A DNA stretch of 64,000 nucleotides from Lachnospiraceae bacterium. Its GTDB lineage: Bacteria; Bacillota; Clostridia; Lachnospirales; Lachnospiraceae. A model generated the notes under the pieces. That model saw only the letters and a list, made by a program, of their open reading frames with translations, ran no database searches and was not told where the DNA came from. Position numbers and translations under genes: made by a program. Below are positions 1 through 9,900 of this stretch, piece by piece. How positions within the stretch are numbered: the first letter of the stretch is position 1; each line of letters opens with the position of its first letter. The stretch covers positions 1,610 to 65,609 of the forward strand of contig VSOA01000001.1 in the NCBI GenBank assembly GCA_009774585.1. Reading direction: 5' to 3'.

Positions 1-1848
1 ATTTTTCTAGCGAATATGTCTCATGAACTGCGGACACCGATCAATACGATTCTTGGATTGAATGAATTGATTATCCGGGAGAGTCAGGATGAAGCGATTA
101 AGGAGTACGCGCTGGATATCAGACAGGCGGGTAATATTCTTCTCACGTTAGTCAGTGATATTCTGGACTTCACGAAGCTGGAAGCGGGACAGATGAGTCT
201 GATGGAGGGAATCTATGACGTCAGTTCGCTGCTGAATGATCTGATCAACGGTATTTCTTTGCAGCTTCGCAAGAAGAAGCTGGAACTGGAACTGGATATC
301 GCGAAAGATATTCCGTATAAGCTGTCGGGTGATGAGATTCATATCAGACAAGTTATTTCCAATCTGCTGTCCAATGCCGTGAAGTATACAGAGAATGGCA
401 AAATCACTATGCATTTGGGCTGGAAGCAGGTCTCGGAGGACGAGATCAAACTGGATATCTGTGTGAAAGATACGGGAGCCGGCATCAAAAAGTCGGATTT
501 GCCAAAGCTGTTTGGCGTGTTCCAGAGGATGGATACCACAGTCCGAAGTAAGAAAGACCGGACCGGACTCGGGCTTGCCATCACAAATCGTTTGGTGGAG
601 ATGATGGGCGGCAAGCTGGAAGTGCAGAGTACATACGGTAAAGGTTCAACATTTTCCTTTGATATTGTGCAGAAAGTCGTAGACGATAAACCCTTGGGAG
701 ATTTTGAGAAGCAGTACAACGAGAGTCTGCACAGCACTGAGAATTACAGTCAGAAATTTATTGCGCCGATGGGAAGAATTTTGATTGTCGATGATAATGC
801 GATGAATCTGGCAGTGGCGCAGGGACTGCTCAAGCAGACCAGATTGCAGGTTGACGTGGCTGGTAGCGGTGAGGAGTGCATGGAACTGATTAAGCGCAAA
901 ACATACCATTTAATTTGTATGGACCATATGATGCCCGTTATGGATGGTGTGGAGACGCTGCACGCAATCAGGGCGCAGGCAGGTAATCCGTCGGCGGATA
1001 TTCCGGTGATTGCGCTGACGGCAAATGCGGTGGCGGGCGCCAAAGAGTTTTATCTTAACGAGGGCTTTCAGGATTATCTGACAAAGCCTATTGATGCGGA
1101 TAAATTTGAAAATATGCTGATCGAGTATCTTCCTGATAATGTGGTATATCTGACGCAGTCGCAGAATATGGAGAGAGATTATGAGCGGGAAGCGGCGGAG
1201 ATGGCGTTGGATATCAAAGAAAGCCAGCTCTATGTGATGGGATTCAATATTCGCAACGGACTCAAATATATGGGTGGAGATAAAGCGCTTTACAGCAAGG
1301 TACTCCATGATTTCCATTCTATTTTGCAGGAGAAGGAGGAGGCGCTTCGGGATTTCTTAAAGAAGGGAGATATGCCGGGGTATGCGATTATTGTTCACTC
1401 GTTAAAAGGCAATGCGCGCAACGTTGGCGCTGACGGTCTTGCCGATGAGGCGTTTGAACTGGAAAAGATGAGTAAGGCTGGGCGTCTGGAGGATGTGGAG
1501 GTCCGCTCACCGATTCTATTTAATATGATGAAAAATATGCGCACCAGTCTGAAGGTGTATTTGGATCAGGAAGCGGAAGCCAATGCGGAGGCGAAAGCGA
1601 AAGAAGCGGGCATAGAGGTGAAGGAGAACGAAGTTCTGACGATTACGGAAGACGACTGGAAGAAAGCGCTCAGAGAACTTGCAGGGCGGCTTGATGATTT
1701 CGATGGTGACAGCGTTAATGAGAAGATTGCGGAACTTAAGAAATATGACAGACCGGAGTCAGATAAGAAGATGCTTCGTCTGTGCGAGAAAGCGGTAAAG
1801 GACTATGCTTATGACATTGCGCTGGAAGTGGTTAATGCGGTGTTGTAA
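1..1848 (+). CDS. Hybrid sensor histidine kinase (HisKA-HATPase-REC-HPt), 5' end cut by the window edge
   Basis: Frame 1 is open from base 1 and reads IFLANMSHELRTP, which is the H-box. ATPase motifs follow (NLLSNAVKYT, DTGAGI, GLGLAI). A receiver domain is present (ILIVDDN...CMDHMMPVMDG). An HPt motif is present (HSLKGNARNVG). Confidence 0.85.
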   Translation: MFLANMSHELRTPINTILGLNELIIRESQDEAIKEYALDIRQAGNILLTLVSDILDFTKLEAGQMSLMEGIYDVSSLLNDLINGISLQLRKKKLELELDIAKDIPYKLSGDEIHIRQVISNLLSNAVKYTENGKITMHLGWKQVSEDEIKLDICVKDTGAGIKKSDLPKLFGVFQRMDTTVRSKKDRTGLGLAITNRLVEMMGGKLEVQSTYGKGSTFSFDIVQKVVDDKPLGDFEKQYNESLHSTENYSQKFIAPMGRILIVDDNAMNLAVAQGLLKQTRLQVDVAGSGEECMELIKRKTYHLICMDHMMPVMDGVETLHAIRAQAGNPSADIPVIALTANAVAGAKEFYLNEGFQDYLTKPIDADKFENMLIEYLPDNVVYLTQSQNMERDYEREAAEMALDIKESQLYVMGFNIRNGLKYMGGDKALYSKVLHDFHSILQEKEEALRDFLKKGDMPGYAIIVHSLKGNARNVGADGLADEAFELEKMSKAGRLEDVEVRSPILFNMMKNMRTSLKVYLDQEAEANAEAKAKEAGIEVKENEVLTITEDDWKKALRELAGRLDDFDGDSVNEKIAELKKYDRPESDKKMLRLCEKAVKDYAYDIALEVVNAVL

Positions 1849-1931
1849 TATGATGTGATGTGTCGGTGGAATGGGAAGAAGTTGCTTGTTTATGAGGTTA
1901 GATTTAAGAAGCGGAGCGATCGAATCCTATC

Positions 1932-1959
1932 TTGACTTTTGAGGATAAAGGTATAATAT
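1932..1959 (+). promoter_or_regulatory. Putative sigma-A promoter for ilvE
   Basis: TTGACT at 1932-1937. TATAAT at 1952-1957 gives a spacer of only 14 nt. The overlapping TAATAT at 1954-1959 gives a 16-nt spacer. The spacing is ambiguous. Confidence 0.35.
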
Positions 1960-2007
1960 AAATAAAGAATATCAGCGTTGCACTTTGAGAAAAGGAGTGA
2001 GGAGAAG

Positions 2008-3033
2008 ATGGAGAAAAAGAACATTGACTGGGCAAATCTTGGTTTCGGCTATCAGGAGACAGATAAGAGATTTGTGGCTAACTATAAGGATGGAGCATGG
2101 GATGAAGGCGCGCTTGTATCCGATGCAAACGTTGTGATCAATGAGTGCGCAGGAGTACTGCAGTATGCGCAGACATGTTTTGAGGGAATGAAGGCGTATA
2201 CAACAGAAGATGGACATATCGTAACTTTCCGCCCGGATTTGAATGCACAGCGTATGGAAGACAGCTGCAAAAGGCTGGAAATGCCGGTATTTCCCAAGGA
2301 GCGTTTCGTGCAGGCAGTGACTGACACGGTTGCGGCAAATGAAGCCTATGTGCCGCCTTACGGTTCCGGCGCTACATTATATATCCGTCCGTATATGTTT
2401 GCCAGTTCTTCAGTAATCGGTGTAAAACCGGCGGACGAATATCAATTCAGAGTGTTTACGACACCGGTAGGTCCTTACTTCAAGGGCGGCGTGAAGCCGC
2501 TGACCATCAAAGTGAGCGATTTTGACAGAGCAGCGCCGCACGGCACAGGTCATATCAAAGCCGGGCTCAATTATGCCATGAGTCTGCATGCTATCATGAC
2601 GGCGCATGCGGAAGGATATGACGAGAACATGTATCTGGATGCGGCGACCAGAACGAATGTGGAGGAGACAGGCGGTGCGAACTTCCTGTTTGTGACGAAG
2701 GATAATAAGGTAGTAACGCCGAAGTCGGACAGCATTCTTCCGTCCATTACAAGACGTTCTCTGATGGTGGTAGCCAAAGATTACCTCGGTCTGGAAGTTG
2801 AAGAGAGAGAAATTTCCTTGGAAGAAGTAAAAGAGTTTGCGGAGTGCGGGCTGTGCGGAACGGCGGCGGTAATCTCTCCGGTAGGCAAGATTGTTGATCA
2901 TGGTAAAGAGATTGCGCTTCCCAGCGGTATGAGCGAGATGGGACCGATTACCAAGAAACTGTATGATACATTGACGGGCATCCAGATGGGGCGCATTGAG
3001 GCGCCTGAAGGCTGGATTCATGTGATTAAGTAG
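2008..3033 (+). CDS. ilvE: Branched-chain amino acid aminotransferase (class IV)
   Basis: The full-length ORF shows typical BCAT motifs (FEGMKAY, LYIRPY, HIKAGLNYAMSL). The ATG at 2008 follows AAAGGAGTGAGGAG. The ORF-track TTG at 1978 is less likely to be the start. Confidence 0.9.
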   Translation: MEKKNIDWANLGFGYQETDKRFVANYKDGAWDEGALVSDANVVINECAGVLQYAQTCFEGMKAYTTEDGHIVTFRPDLNAQRMEDSCKRLEMPVFPKERFVQAVTDTVAANEAYVPPYGSGATLYIRPYMFASSSVIGVKPADEYQFRVFTTPVGPYFKGGVKPLTIKVSDFDRAAPHGTGHIKAGLNYAMSLHAIMTAHAEGYDENMYLDAATRTNVEETGGANFLFVTKDNKVVTPKSDSILPSITRRSLMVVAKDYLGLEVEEREISLEEVKEFAECGLCGTAAVISPVGKIVDHGKEIALPSGMSEMGPITKKLYDTLTGIQMGRIEAPEGWIHVIK

Positions 3034-3058
3034 TTTTCATATCAAGTTAGAGGCGAGA

Positions 3059-3104
3059 GGGATTAGGTTGAAATGCCTGAGGCATGCAATTTAATCCCTT
3101 TTTT
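3059..3104 (+). terminator. Rho-independent terminator after ilvE
   Basis: GGGATTA (3059-3065) pairs with TAATCCC (3092-3098). There is an inner ATGCC/GGCAT stem. A TTTTTT run follows. Confidence 0.7.
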
Positions 3105-3131
3105 AGCACAAATTATTATACGGAGGCAGTA

Positions 3132-3890
3132 ATGAATATGACGATTCGGCAAACCTATCCATATCTGTATGAGACGCATCTGCATACTTCAGAATCAAGC
3201 GCTTGTGCAAGATGTACGGGCAGTGAGATGGCAAGGGCATGTAAAGAATACGGTTACAGCGGTATTTTTGTGACAGACCATAATTGGGGTGGGAATACGG
3301 CTATCGACAGAACACTGGAATGGGAAGAGTGGGTGCATGCTTTCTCATTGGGGTACGAACACGCCAAAGTGGAAGGAGACCGGATTGGACTCGATGTTTT
3401 CTTTGGATATGAGGCCGGCTATCAGGGAACGGAATTTCTGATTTATGGAATTAATCCTGAGTGGATGCTGCATACGCCACAGATTCTTGAGGCTTCCGTG
3501 GAGGAACAGTACCGGCTTGTGCATGCGGCAGGAGGCATGGTGATACATGCACATCCGTTCAGAGAGGAATCTTATATCCCTAAGATACGTTTGTATCCGG
3601 AGTGGGTAGACGGCGTGGAAGCTGTTAATGCGACGCATTCCAACTCAGGAAGCGGAGGACATAACAATCCCCTGTTCGATGAGAAAGCGGTCGAATATGC
3701 CATGGAGCATAGGCTGCCGATGTGCGCAGGCTCAGATATTCATGGAACACATCTGCTTGGTGGCGGCATTGCTTTCAGGAGAAGGCTGACGTCGGCGAAA
3801 GATTATATCCATGCGATTCTCGCAGGAGAGGATTATGTGTTGACGAATGGGGAATCGTGGTATGATAAATCAGGAAAGCTCATACAATAA
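3132..3890 (+). CDS. PHP-domain metal-dependent phosphoesterase
   Basis: The N-terminal YETHLHTSESS...VTDHNW motif is typical of the PHP family, and later histidines (IHAHP, DIHG) are present. The ATG at 3132 lies 5 nt after GGAGG. Confidence 0.75.
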   Translation: MNMTIRQTYPYLYETHLHTSESSACARCTGSEMARACKEYGYSGIFVTDHNWGGNTAIDRTLEWEEWVHAFSLGYEHAKVEGDRIGLDVFFGYEAGYQGTEFLIYGINPEWMLHTPQILEASVEEQYRLVHAAGGMVIHAHPFREESYIPKIRLYPEWVDGVEAVNATHSNSGSGGHNNPLFDEKAVEYAMEHRLPMCAGSDIHGTHLLGGGIAFRRRLTSAKDYIHAILAGEDYVLTNGESWYDKSGKLIQ

Positions 3891-3912
3891 GATAGAAAAG
3901 GAATCAAGATAT

Positions 3913-4983
3913 ATGATTGTGAGAGTGTGGAAAAAGTTTGCAGGGCTGTTACTGGCAGCAGGCATAACCGTTATGAGTGTGACAGGCTGCGGAGATGGTA
4001 ATAATATCGGCACCAAAGTAGTGCTTACTACAGGATTTGAGAAGGACGAAGTATTCCGGATTGAGACAAGCACATGTTCTCTTCCGGAGATTATGGTGTA
4101 TCTTACGAATATCCAGAACAGATATGAGAGCGTATACGGGACTGAGATATGGAACACGAATGTAGACGGTGTGACATTTGAGCAGAATGTCAAGGATATC
4201 GCGCTGGCCCAGATCGCGCGTATCAAGACGATGAATCTGATGGCAGGACGCTATGAAGTAGAACTTAGCGACGAGGAGAAAGTGCAGGTAGAAAACGCGG
4301 CAAGTGCTTATTACGGTTCGCTCAATGAGACCGAGATTGAGAAAATGGGCGTCTCGGAAAAAACGATCAGCGAGTTGTATAAGGAGTTTGCACTGGCAGA
4401 AAAGGTATATCAGTATACGATCAAAGATATTAATCCTGAAATCAGTGACGATGAAGCCCGAACGATTACCGTACAGCATATTTTGATTAAGACATATGCG
4501 CTTGACGGTACGGGAAAGAAGATAGAGTATACGGAGCAGGCGAAGCGAAATGCCTATAATGAGGCGTGTGAAGTGCTTGAAATGGCGAAAGAAGGAGAAG
4601 ATTTCGATGAACTCATAAGACGCTACAGTGAGGACGATAAAGGCACATACTCTTTTGGCAAGGGAGAAATGGAGGAAGCTTTCGAGACGGCAGCCTTTAA
4701 TCTCGGCAAAGATGAAATCAGCGAAATTGTGGAGACGGAGTTTGGATATCATATCATCAAATGCCTCAATACGTTTAACAAAGACGAGACAGACGCCAAC
4801 AAGATTAAAATTGTAGACCAGAGAAGATCGGAGGCGTTCGGACAGGAGTATGACGCTTATGTGGCGACATTGACAAGAAACTTGAATGAGGAATTGTGGG
4901 ACAGCGTAGGATTCATACACGATGAAAATGTGCATACGATGAGTTTCTTCGATGTGTATACAGAGTATTTTGGCGAAAAGTGA
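3913..4983 (+). CDS. PrsA-like peptidyl-prolyl isomerase lipoprotein (PPIC/parvulin type)
   Basis: A signal peptide with lipobox is present (LLLAAGITVMSVTGC). The parvulin-type motif is present (VQHILIK ... FGYHIIKC). The start was chosen at the ATG preceding the signal peptide. Confidence 0.75.
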   Translation: MIVRVWKKFAGLLLAAGITVMSVTGCGDGNNIGTKVVLTTGFEKDEVFRIETSTCSLPEIMVYLTNIQNRYESVYGTEIWNTNVDGVTFEQNVKDIALAQIARIKTMNLMAGRYEVELSDEEKVQVENAASAYYGSLNETEIEKMGVSEKTISELYKEFALAEKVYQYTIKDINPEISDDEARTITVQHILIKTYALDGTGKKIEYTEQAKRNAYNEACEVLEMAKEGEDFDELIRRYSEDDKGTYSFGKGEMEEAFETAAFNLGKDEISEIVETEFGYHIIKCLNTFNKDETDANKIKIVDQRRSEAFGQEYDAYVATLTRNLNEELWDSVGFIHDENVHTMSFFDVYTEYFGEK

Positions 4984-5047
4984 TAGGAGTTTAGAAAAAG
5001 TTTAGAATTGCGCAAATGCGCATAAATTGGGAATAAAGCGATGATTA

Positions 5048-5074
5048 TTAGCACTCAATAGCATTGAGTGCTAA
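5048..5074 (+). promoter_or_regulatory. CIRCE element (HrcA operator)
   Basis: TTAGCACTC-AATAGCATT-GAGTGCTAA matches the 9-N9-9 CIRCE consensus perfectly. It lies about 105 nt upstream of the htpG ATG. TTGACT at 5082-5087 is a possible -35, but the -10 is weak or ambiguous (TATTAA at 14 nt, or TAAACT at 17 nt). Confidence 0.85.
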
Positions 5075-5180
5075 TTTTGTCTTGACTTCTTTTGGGGAGC
5101 GTATTAAACTATCCACTAGATGAGAAATCCCACGCGTAAGGGATTCATATAGGAAAAGAGAAGAAAGGAACGTGGTAAAA

Positions 5181-7349
5181 ATGGCAGCGAAACATGGTAA
5201 CTTATCAATTAACAGCGATAACATTTTTCCGATTATCAAGAAGTGGTTGTATTCTGACCATGACATCTTTTTTAGGGAATTGATTTCTAACGGATGCGAT
5301 GCGATCACGAAATTAAAGAAGCTGGATATGATGGGCGAATATGCCTTGGCGGATGATTATAAGGCGAAGATACAGGTGATCGTCAATCCGGAAGAGAAGA
5401 CGCTTAAATTTATTGATAACGGTATCGGAATGACAGCGACGGAAGTGGAAGAGTATATTAATCAGATTGCTTTTTCAGGTGCGACGGATTTTATCGAGAA
5501 ATACAAGGATAAGGCAAATGAAGATCAGATTATCGGACATTTCGGTCTGGGATTCTACTCTGCGTTCATGGTGGCGGACGAGGTGCATATTGACACTTTA
5601 TCCTATCAGGATGGTGCGCAGGCTGTACATTGGGAATGTGACGGCGGCACCGAGTTTGATATGCAGGAAGGCGGCAGAACGGAAGTCGGTACGGAGATTA
5701 CGCTCTATATCAATGAAGACTGCTTAGAATTCTGTAATGAATATAAGGCGAAGGAAGTTATCAAGAAATATTGTTCTTTCATGCCGACGGAGATTTATAT
5801 ATCCAAGGCAAATAGTACGGATACCCAGACAATCAAGGCGGATGAAAAGCTGGATACCGATGAAGTGGTAGAGGAGATTAAGAAAGAGAAGGAAGAGGAC
5901 GAGCAGAAATTAAAGATCAAGAAACGTCCGGAATTGCTCAATGAAACCCATCCTCTCTGGACGAAGCATCCCAATGAGTGTACCAAAGAGGAGTATCTTG
6001 AGTTTTACCGCAAGGTATTTCAGGATTACAAGGAGCCTCTGTTCTGGATTCACCTGAATATGGATTATCCTTTCAACATGAAGGGCATTCTCTACTTCCC
6101 GAAGATCAATATGGAGTATGAGTCTATCGAAGGTACGATCAAGTTATATAACAATCAGGTGTTTATTGCAGATAACATTAAGGAAGTCATTCCGGAGTTC
6201 CTGCTTCTGCTAAAGGGTGTGATCGACTGCCCGGACCTGCCGCTCAATGTATCGAGAAGCGCCTTGCAGAATGATGGATTTGTGAAGAAAATCAGCGAGT
6301 ACATTACAAAGAAAGTGGCGGATAAACTGTCCGGTATGTGTAAGACCGAGAAAGAGGAGTACGAGAAATACTGGGATGATATCAGTCCATTTATTAAGTT
6401 CGGCTGCTTAAAGGACGATAAGTTCTGCGAGAAGATGACGGATTACATTCTCTTCAAGAATCTGGACGGCGATTACATGACGTTGCCGGAGTGTCTGGAA
6501 GTCAATAAGATTGATCCCGATGAAGTGGGAGAATCATCAGACACAGACAAAGAGGCGTCTGCAGAAGGTGGCAAGACAACGGAAACAGCAGAGAGCGAGA
6601 ATAATACAACGGAAGCTTCTGCAGTAGATGAGAATGGAGAGAAAGTGGAAGCCGAGGTCGTTGAGGAAGCCGAGAAGATGGACGGCGAAGTAGTCGATGA
6701 AAATGGTGATGCTGTCGAAGCGGAAGATGAGAAGAAAGAGAAAGTCATCTACTATGTGACAGACGAGAAGCAGCAGAGCCAGTATATCAATATGTTCAAA
6801 GCGGCTAAGATGGATGCGGTCGTGCTGACGCACAATATTGACCAGCCGTTCGTGTCACAGCTCGAGGCTAAGAACGAAGGCATTAAGTTCCAGAGAATCG
6901 ATGCGGATCTGACGGATGTGTTTAAGTCGAAGACGTCCAAGAAAGCAGAGAAGGAGATGGAAGAGCAGGCTGAGGCAGTTGCCAAGCTGATGAAGAAGGT
7001 TCTCAAGAAAGACGCGATCAAAGTAAAGATTGAGAAGTTGAAAAATAAGAAGATATCTTCCATGATCACATTGTCCGAAGAGACGCGCAGAATGCAGGAT
7101 ATGATGAAGATGTATTCGATGCCGGGAATGGACATGGGTGCATTCGGCAAGGAAGGCGAGACGCTGATCCTGAACGCGAACCATCCGCTTGTACAGTATG
7201 TACTGGACAATCAGGAAGGCGAGAATGTGAAGATGATCTGCGAACAGCTTTATGATCTGGCATTGTTACAGCAGGCGCCGCTTGAGCCGGAGGCAATGAC
7301 GAAGTTCGTGACAAGAAGCAATGATATTATGATGCTTCTGACGAAATAG
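5181..7349 (+). CDS. htpG: Molecular chaperone HtpG (Hsp90)
   Basis: The N-terminal GHKL ATPase signature is present (IFPIIKKWLYSDHDIFFRELISNGCDA, DNGIGM, GHFGLGFYSAF). The middle and C-terminal domains are full length. An acidic low-complexity insert is also present. Confidence 0.95.
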   Translation: MAAKHGNLSINSDNIFPIIKKWLYSDHDIFFRELISNGCDAITKLKKLDMMGEYALADDYKAKIQVIVNPEEKTLKFIDNGIGMTATEVEEYINQIAFSGATDFIEKYKDKANEDQIIGHFGLGFYSAFMVADEVHIDTLSYQDGAQAVHWECDGGTEFDMQEGGRTEVGTEITLYINEDCLEFCNEYKAKEVIKKYCSFMPTEIYISKANSTDTQTIKADEKLDTDEVVEEIKKEKEEDEQKLKIKKRPELLNETHPLWTKHPNECTKEEYLEFYRKVFQDYKEPLFWIHLNMDYPFNMKGILYFPKINMEYESIEGTIKLYNNQVFIADNIKEVIPEFLLLLKGVIDCPDLPLNVSRSALQNDGFVKKISEYITKKVADKLSGMCKTEKEEYEKYWDDISPFIKFGCLKDDKFCEKMTDYILFKNLDGDYMTLPECLEVNKIDPDEVGESSDTDKEASAEGGKTTETAESENNTTEASAVDENGEKVEAEVVEEAEKMDGEVVDENGDAVEAEDEKKEKVIYYVTDEKQQSQYINMFKAAKMDAVVLTHNIDQPFVSQLEAKNEGIKFQRIDADLTDVFKSKTSKKAEKEMEEQAEAVAKLMKKVLKKDAIKVKIEKLKNKKISSMITLSEETRRMQDMMKMYSMPGMDMGAFGKEGETLILNANHPLVQYVLDNQEGENVKMICEQLYDLALLQQAPLEPEAMTKFVTRSNDIMMLLTK

Positions 7350-7398
7350 TGATAGACAGACTAGAATTTATGTAAACTAGTATAAAGTGAGATAAAAA

Positions 7399-7436
7399 GG
7401 AATGAATTATGCTATGTGCGTGTTCATTCCTTTTTT
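7399..7436 (+). terminator. Rho-independent terminator after htpG
   Basis: GGAATGAA (7399-7406) pairs with TTCATTCC (7423-7430). A TTTTTT run follows, and an A-run precedes the stem. Confidence 0.75.
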
Positions 7437-7473
7437 ATATATTTGCATGAAACATTCACGCGGGACAATCGTC

Positions 7474-7502
7474 TTGCTTTTTGGAGTCAACAGATATATA
7501 AT
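7474..7502 (+). promoter_or_regulatory. Putative sigma-A promoter for the GH51-like gene
   Basis: TTGCTT (7474-7479), a 17-nt spacer, then TATAAT (7497-7502). Confidence 0.45.
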
Positions 7503-7583
7503 GATGTAAAATAGTTTTGAAAAATCTAAAATATATTCACTTATGGATGAATAGACTGTGATTGTAAAGGATGGAGGAAACCG

Positions 7584-9800
7584 ATGAAAAAGGCACTTCA
7601 AAGAACGGTTACATACGGGTTATGTGTTATGCTGGCAGCGAGTATAGCCGGCTGCGGTAATTCGCAAAATGACGCTGGACAGGAAACGGCGGTGGCAGAT
7701 GCTGGGGGCGAAGCGGGTTCGGATGCAGAAGGAACGGACGCCGTGGCAGCAGAAAATCAGGATGAAGATGAAGAAGCCGGCGCGGCAGGGACGCAGAGTG
7801 AGTCTGCGGAGCGGCAGACAGCGGATGGCGTCACCTATAAAGTCGATATCAATTTAGAACATCTTGACGAGAACCAGAAGATTTCCGATACATTGTTCGG
7901 GCTTTTCTTGGAAGATATTAATTATGCGGTGGACGGCGGTATGTATGCAGAGATGGTGAAGAACCGTTCTTTCGAGTATGGAATTGAGGCGAGAGATGAG
8001 CAGCTTCATGGCTGGGAGCCGACTAGTGAGGCAGTGACATTTGAAGTGTATGATGGGAGTGCGGACGGTACGGCGCTCAATGAGAACAATCCGCAGTATG
8101 CAGTGGTACACAATACGGGGACTTCTGCCGTAAAGCCTTATGAGGGAATCAGCAATGAGGGATATCTGGAAGGTATGGCAATTACGCAGGGAGCTTCTTA
8201 TGATGTGTCTTTTTATTGCAAATCAGAAGACAGTTCCGTGGACACGGTCTATGTAACGCTATATAACGAGGACGGTACGGTATATGATGAACAGACGGTG
8301 GAAGGAATATCCGAACAGTGGCGCAAGTATGGGACGACGCTGACGGCAAATGCAACGGCAAACAGGAAGGTACGTCTTGCGGTGTCATTTCCGGCAGGAA
8401 CGGCATGCTTTGACATGATTTCCATGATGCCGCAGGATACTTATAAGGGGCTGCCCATCCGTAAAGACTTTGGAGAATATCTGGAGGCGCTTAACCCCGC
8501 ATTCTTACGCTTCCCCGGCGGATGCGTGATTGAAGGAAGAGACGAGGAGAGTATTTACAGTTGGAAGGATTCCATCGGCGGCGGTCTTTCTTTTAACATC
8601 AATGGAGAGAGCACGGTGGGAGACATTGCGACGCGTCCGCAGGGGAAGAGTATCTGGCAGGGGTCTAAAGCAAACCCTTATTATACGACATACGGACTGG
8701 GATTTTATGAATATTTTGAATTCTGTGAGGCGCTTGACTGTATGCCGGTGCCGGTGTTAAACGCGGGTATGACATGTGAGATACAGAGCCCATTCTATAA
8801 GGTGTACAGTATCGCCGACGAAGAATTTAAGCAGTATGTGCAGGATGCTCTTGATTTGGTGGAATTTTGTAAAGGTGACGGGAATACGACATGGGGCGCT
8901 GTGCGAATAGCCATGGGACACGAGGAGCCTTTTGAACTGAAGTATATCGGTATCGGCAATGAGCAGTGGCAGAGCGAGTACCACCAGCATTACAAACAGT
9001 TTGTCAAAGCATTCGAGGAGGCGGCAGTGTCAGATCCTGAATTGTACGGGGACGTGGAGTTAATTGTGGCTAACGGCACAGTATCCGCCAGTGAGGACGG
9101 CTGGAATTATCTGATTCTGAATCCTGACTCTGTCACCACTCTGGTGGACGAACATTATTATGAGACGCCGGAATGGTTCCTTTCGAACACGAATCGGTAT
9201 GACAGTTACGACAGAAACGCACAGGCAAAGGTTTTCCTTGGAGAGTATGCGGCGAAGGCGAATACACTGGAGGCGGCACTCGCGGAGGCCGCCTATATGA
9301 CAGGACTTGAGAAGAATGGCGATGTAGTTGAGATGGCATGTTATGCACCGCTATTCTCCCATGCAAAGTTGAATCAATGGGTGCCGGATATGATATTCTA
9401 TTCCAATGACGGCATATTCGGTTCGGCAAATTATTATGTACAGCAGATGTACGGAAATCATGCGGGAGATTATAGTCTGAATACGGAACTTGCCGGAGCG
9501 GCAGAGCAGACGCTTTACGAGTCCGCGGTTGATATGGACGGCGATGTGGTCCTTAAGATTGTCAATGTGTCGGATGAAGACATTCCCATGAATGTAATCT
9601 TGGAGGGCAGAGATATCACCTGTTTCCTGCCGGAAGCGGATGTGACGGTGCTGACCGGAGCAGATAAGAAGACCATGAACAGCTTTAAGGAGATGACAGT
9701 GCTGCCAAAAGAGAGCAAGCTTGCAATTGATGAGAGGTTCGAGTATACGGCGCCGGCAAATTCTCTGACGGTGATACACCTGCTTGGACTGAAAGATTAA
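7584..9800 (+). CDS. Surface lipoprotein, GH51-like alpha-L-arabinofuranosidase with an N-terminal carbohydrate-binding module
   Basis: Lipobox (LAASIAGCGN) followed by an acidic linker. The motifs FLRFPGGCVIEG and YIGIGNEQW are clan GH-A acid/base-type motifs, and LGEYAA is present. The architecture resembles long GH51 enzymes. The family call is from memory. Confidence 0.7.
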   Translation: MKKALQRTVTYGLCVMLAASIAGCGNSQNDAGQETAVADAGGEAGSDAEGTDAVAAENQDEDEEAGAAGTQSESAERQTADGVTYKVDINLEHLDENQKISDTLFGLFLEDINYAVDGGMYAEMVKNRSFEYGIEARDEQLHGWEPTSEAVTFEVYDGSADGTALNENNPQYAVVHNTGTSAVKPYEGISNEGYLEGMAITQGASYDVSFYCKSEDSSVDTVYVTLYNEDGTVYDEQTVEGISEQWRKYGTTLTANATANRKVRLAVSFPAGTACFDMISMMPQDTYKGLPIRKDFGEYLEALNPAFLRFPGGCVIEGRDEESIYSWKDSIGGGLSFNINGESTVGDIATRPQGKSIWQGSKANPYYTTYGLGFYEYFEFCEALDCMPVPVLNAGMTCEIQSPFYKVYSIADEEFKQYVQDALDLVEFCKGDGNTTWGAVRIAMGHEEPFELKYIGIGNEQWQSEYHQHYKQFVKAFEEAAVSDPELYGDVELIVANGTVSASEDGWNYLILNPDSVTTLVDEHYYETPEWFLSNTNRYDSYDRNAQAKVFLGEYAAKANTLEAALAEAAYMTGLEKNGDVVEMACYAPLFSHAKLNQWVPDMIFYSNDGIFGSANYYVQQMYGNHAGDYSLNTELAGAAEQTLYESAVDMDGDVVLKIVNVSDEDIPMNVILEGRDITCFLPEADVTVLTGADKKTMNSFKEMTVLPKESKLAIDERFEYTAPANSLTVIHLLGLKD

Positions 9801-9832
9801 CACCGTGTGTTATATACAGCGAACGGCAATGA

Positions 9833-9874
9833 AGCCTGCAAACATGAGAAATTGATGTTTGCAGGCTGTTTTTG
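9833..9874 (+). terminator. Rho-independent terminator between convergent genes
   Basis: A 13-bp perfect stem, AGCCTGCAAACAT (9833-9845) pairing with ATGTTTGCAGGCT (9855-9867), followed by GTTTTTG. Confidence 0.75.
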
Positions 9875-9900
9875 TATTTCTTGAAACAAATCTCTTTTGT

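Noticed and set aside
3949-4935. A 328-aa ORF antisense to the PrsA-like gene.
   Set aside because: It lies entirely within a well-supported gene on the opposite strand. It has no ribosome-binding site, and its composition is biased (I/L/F/R/C-rich) in the way typical of antisense frames. No motif was recognised.
5008-5021. The palindromic TGCGCAAATGCGCA downstream of the PrsA-like gene, considered as a terminator or operator.
   Set aside because: The stem is very short with essentially no loop, there is no U-tract, and there is no supporting context.
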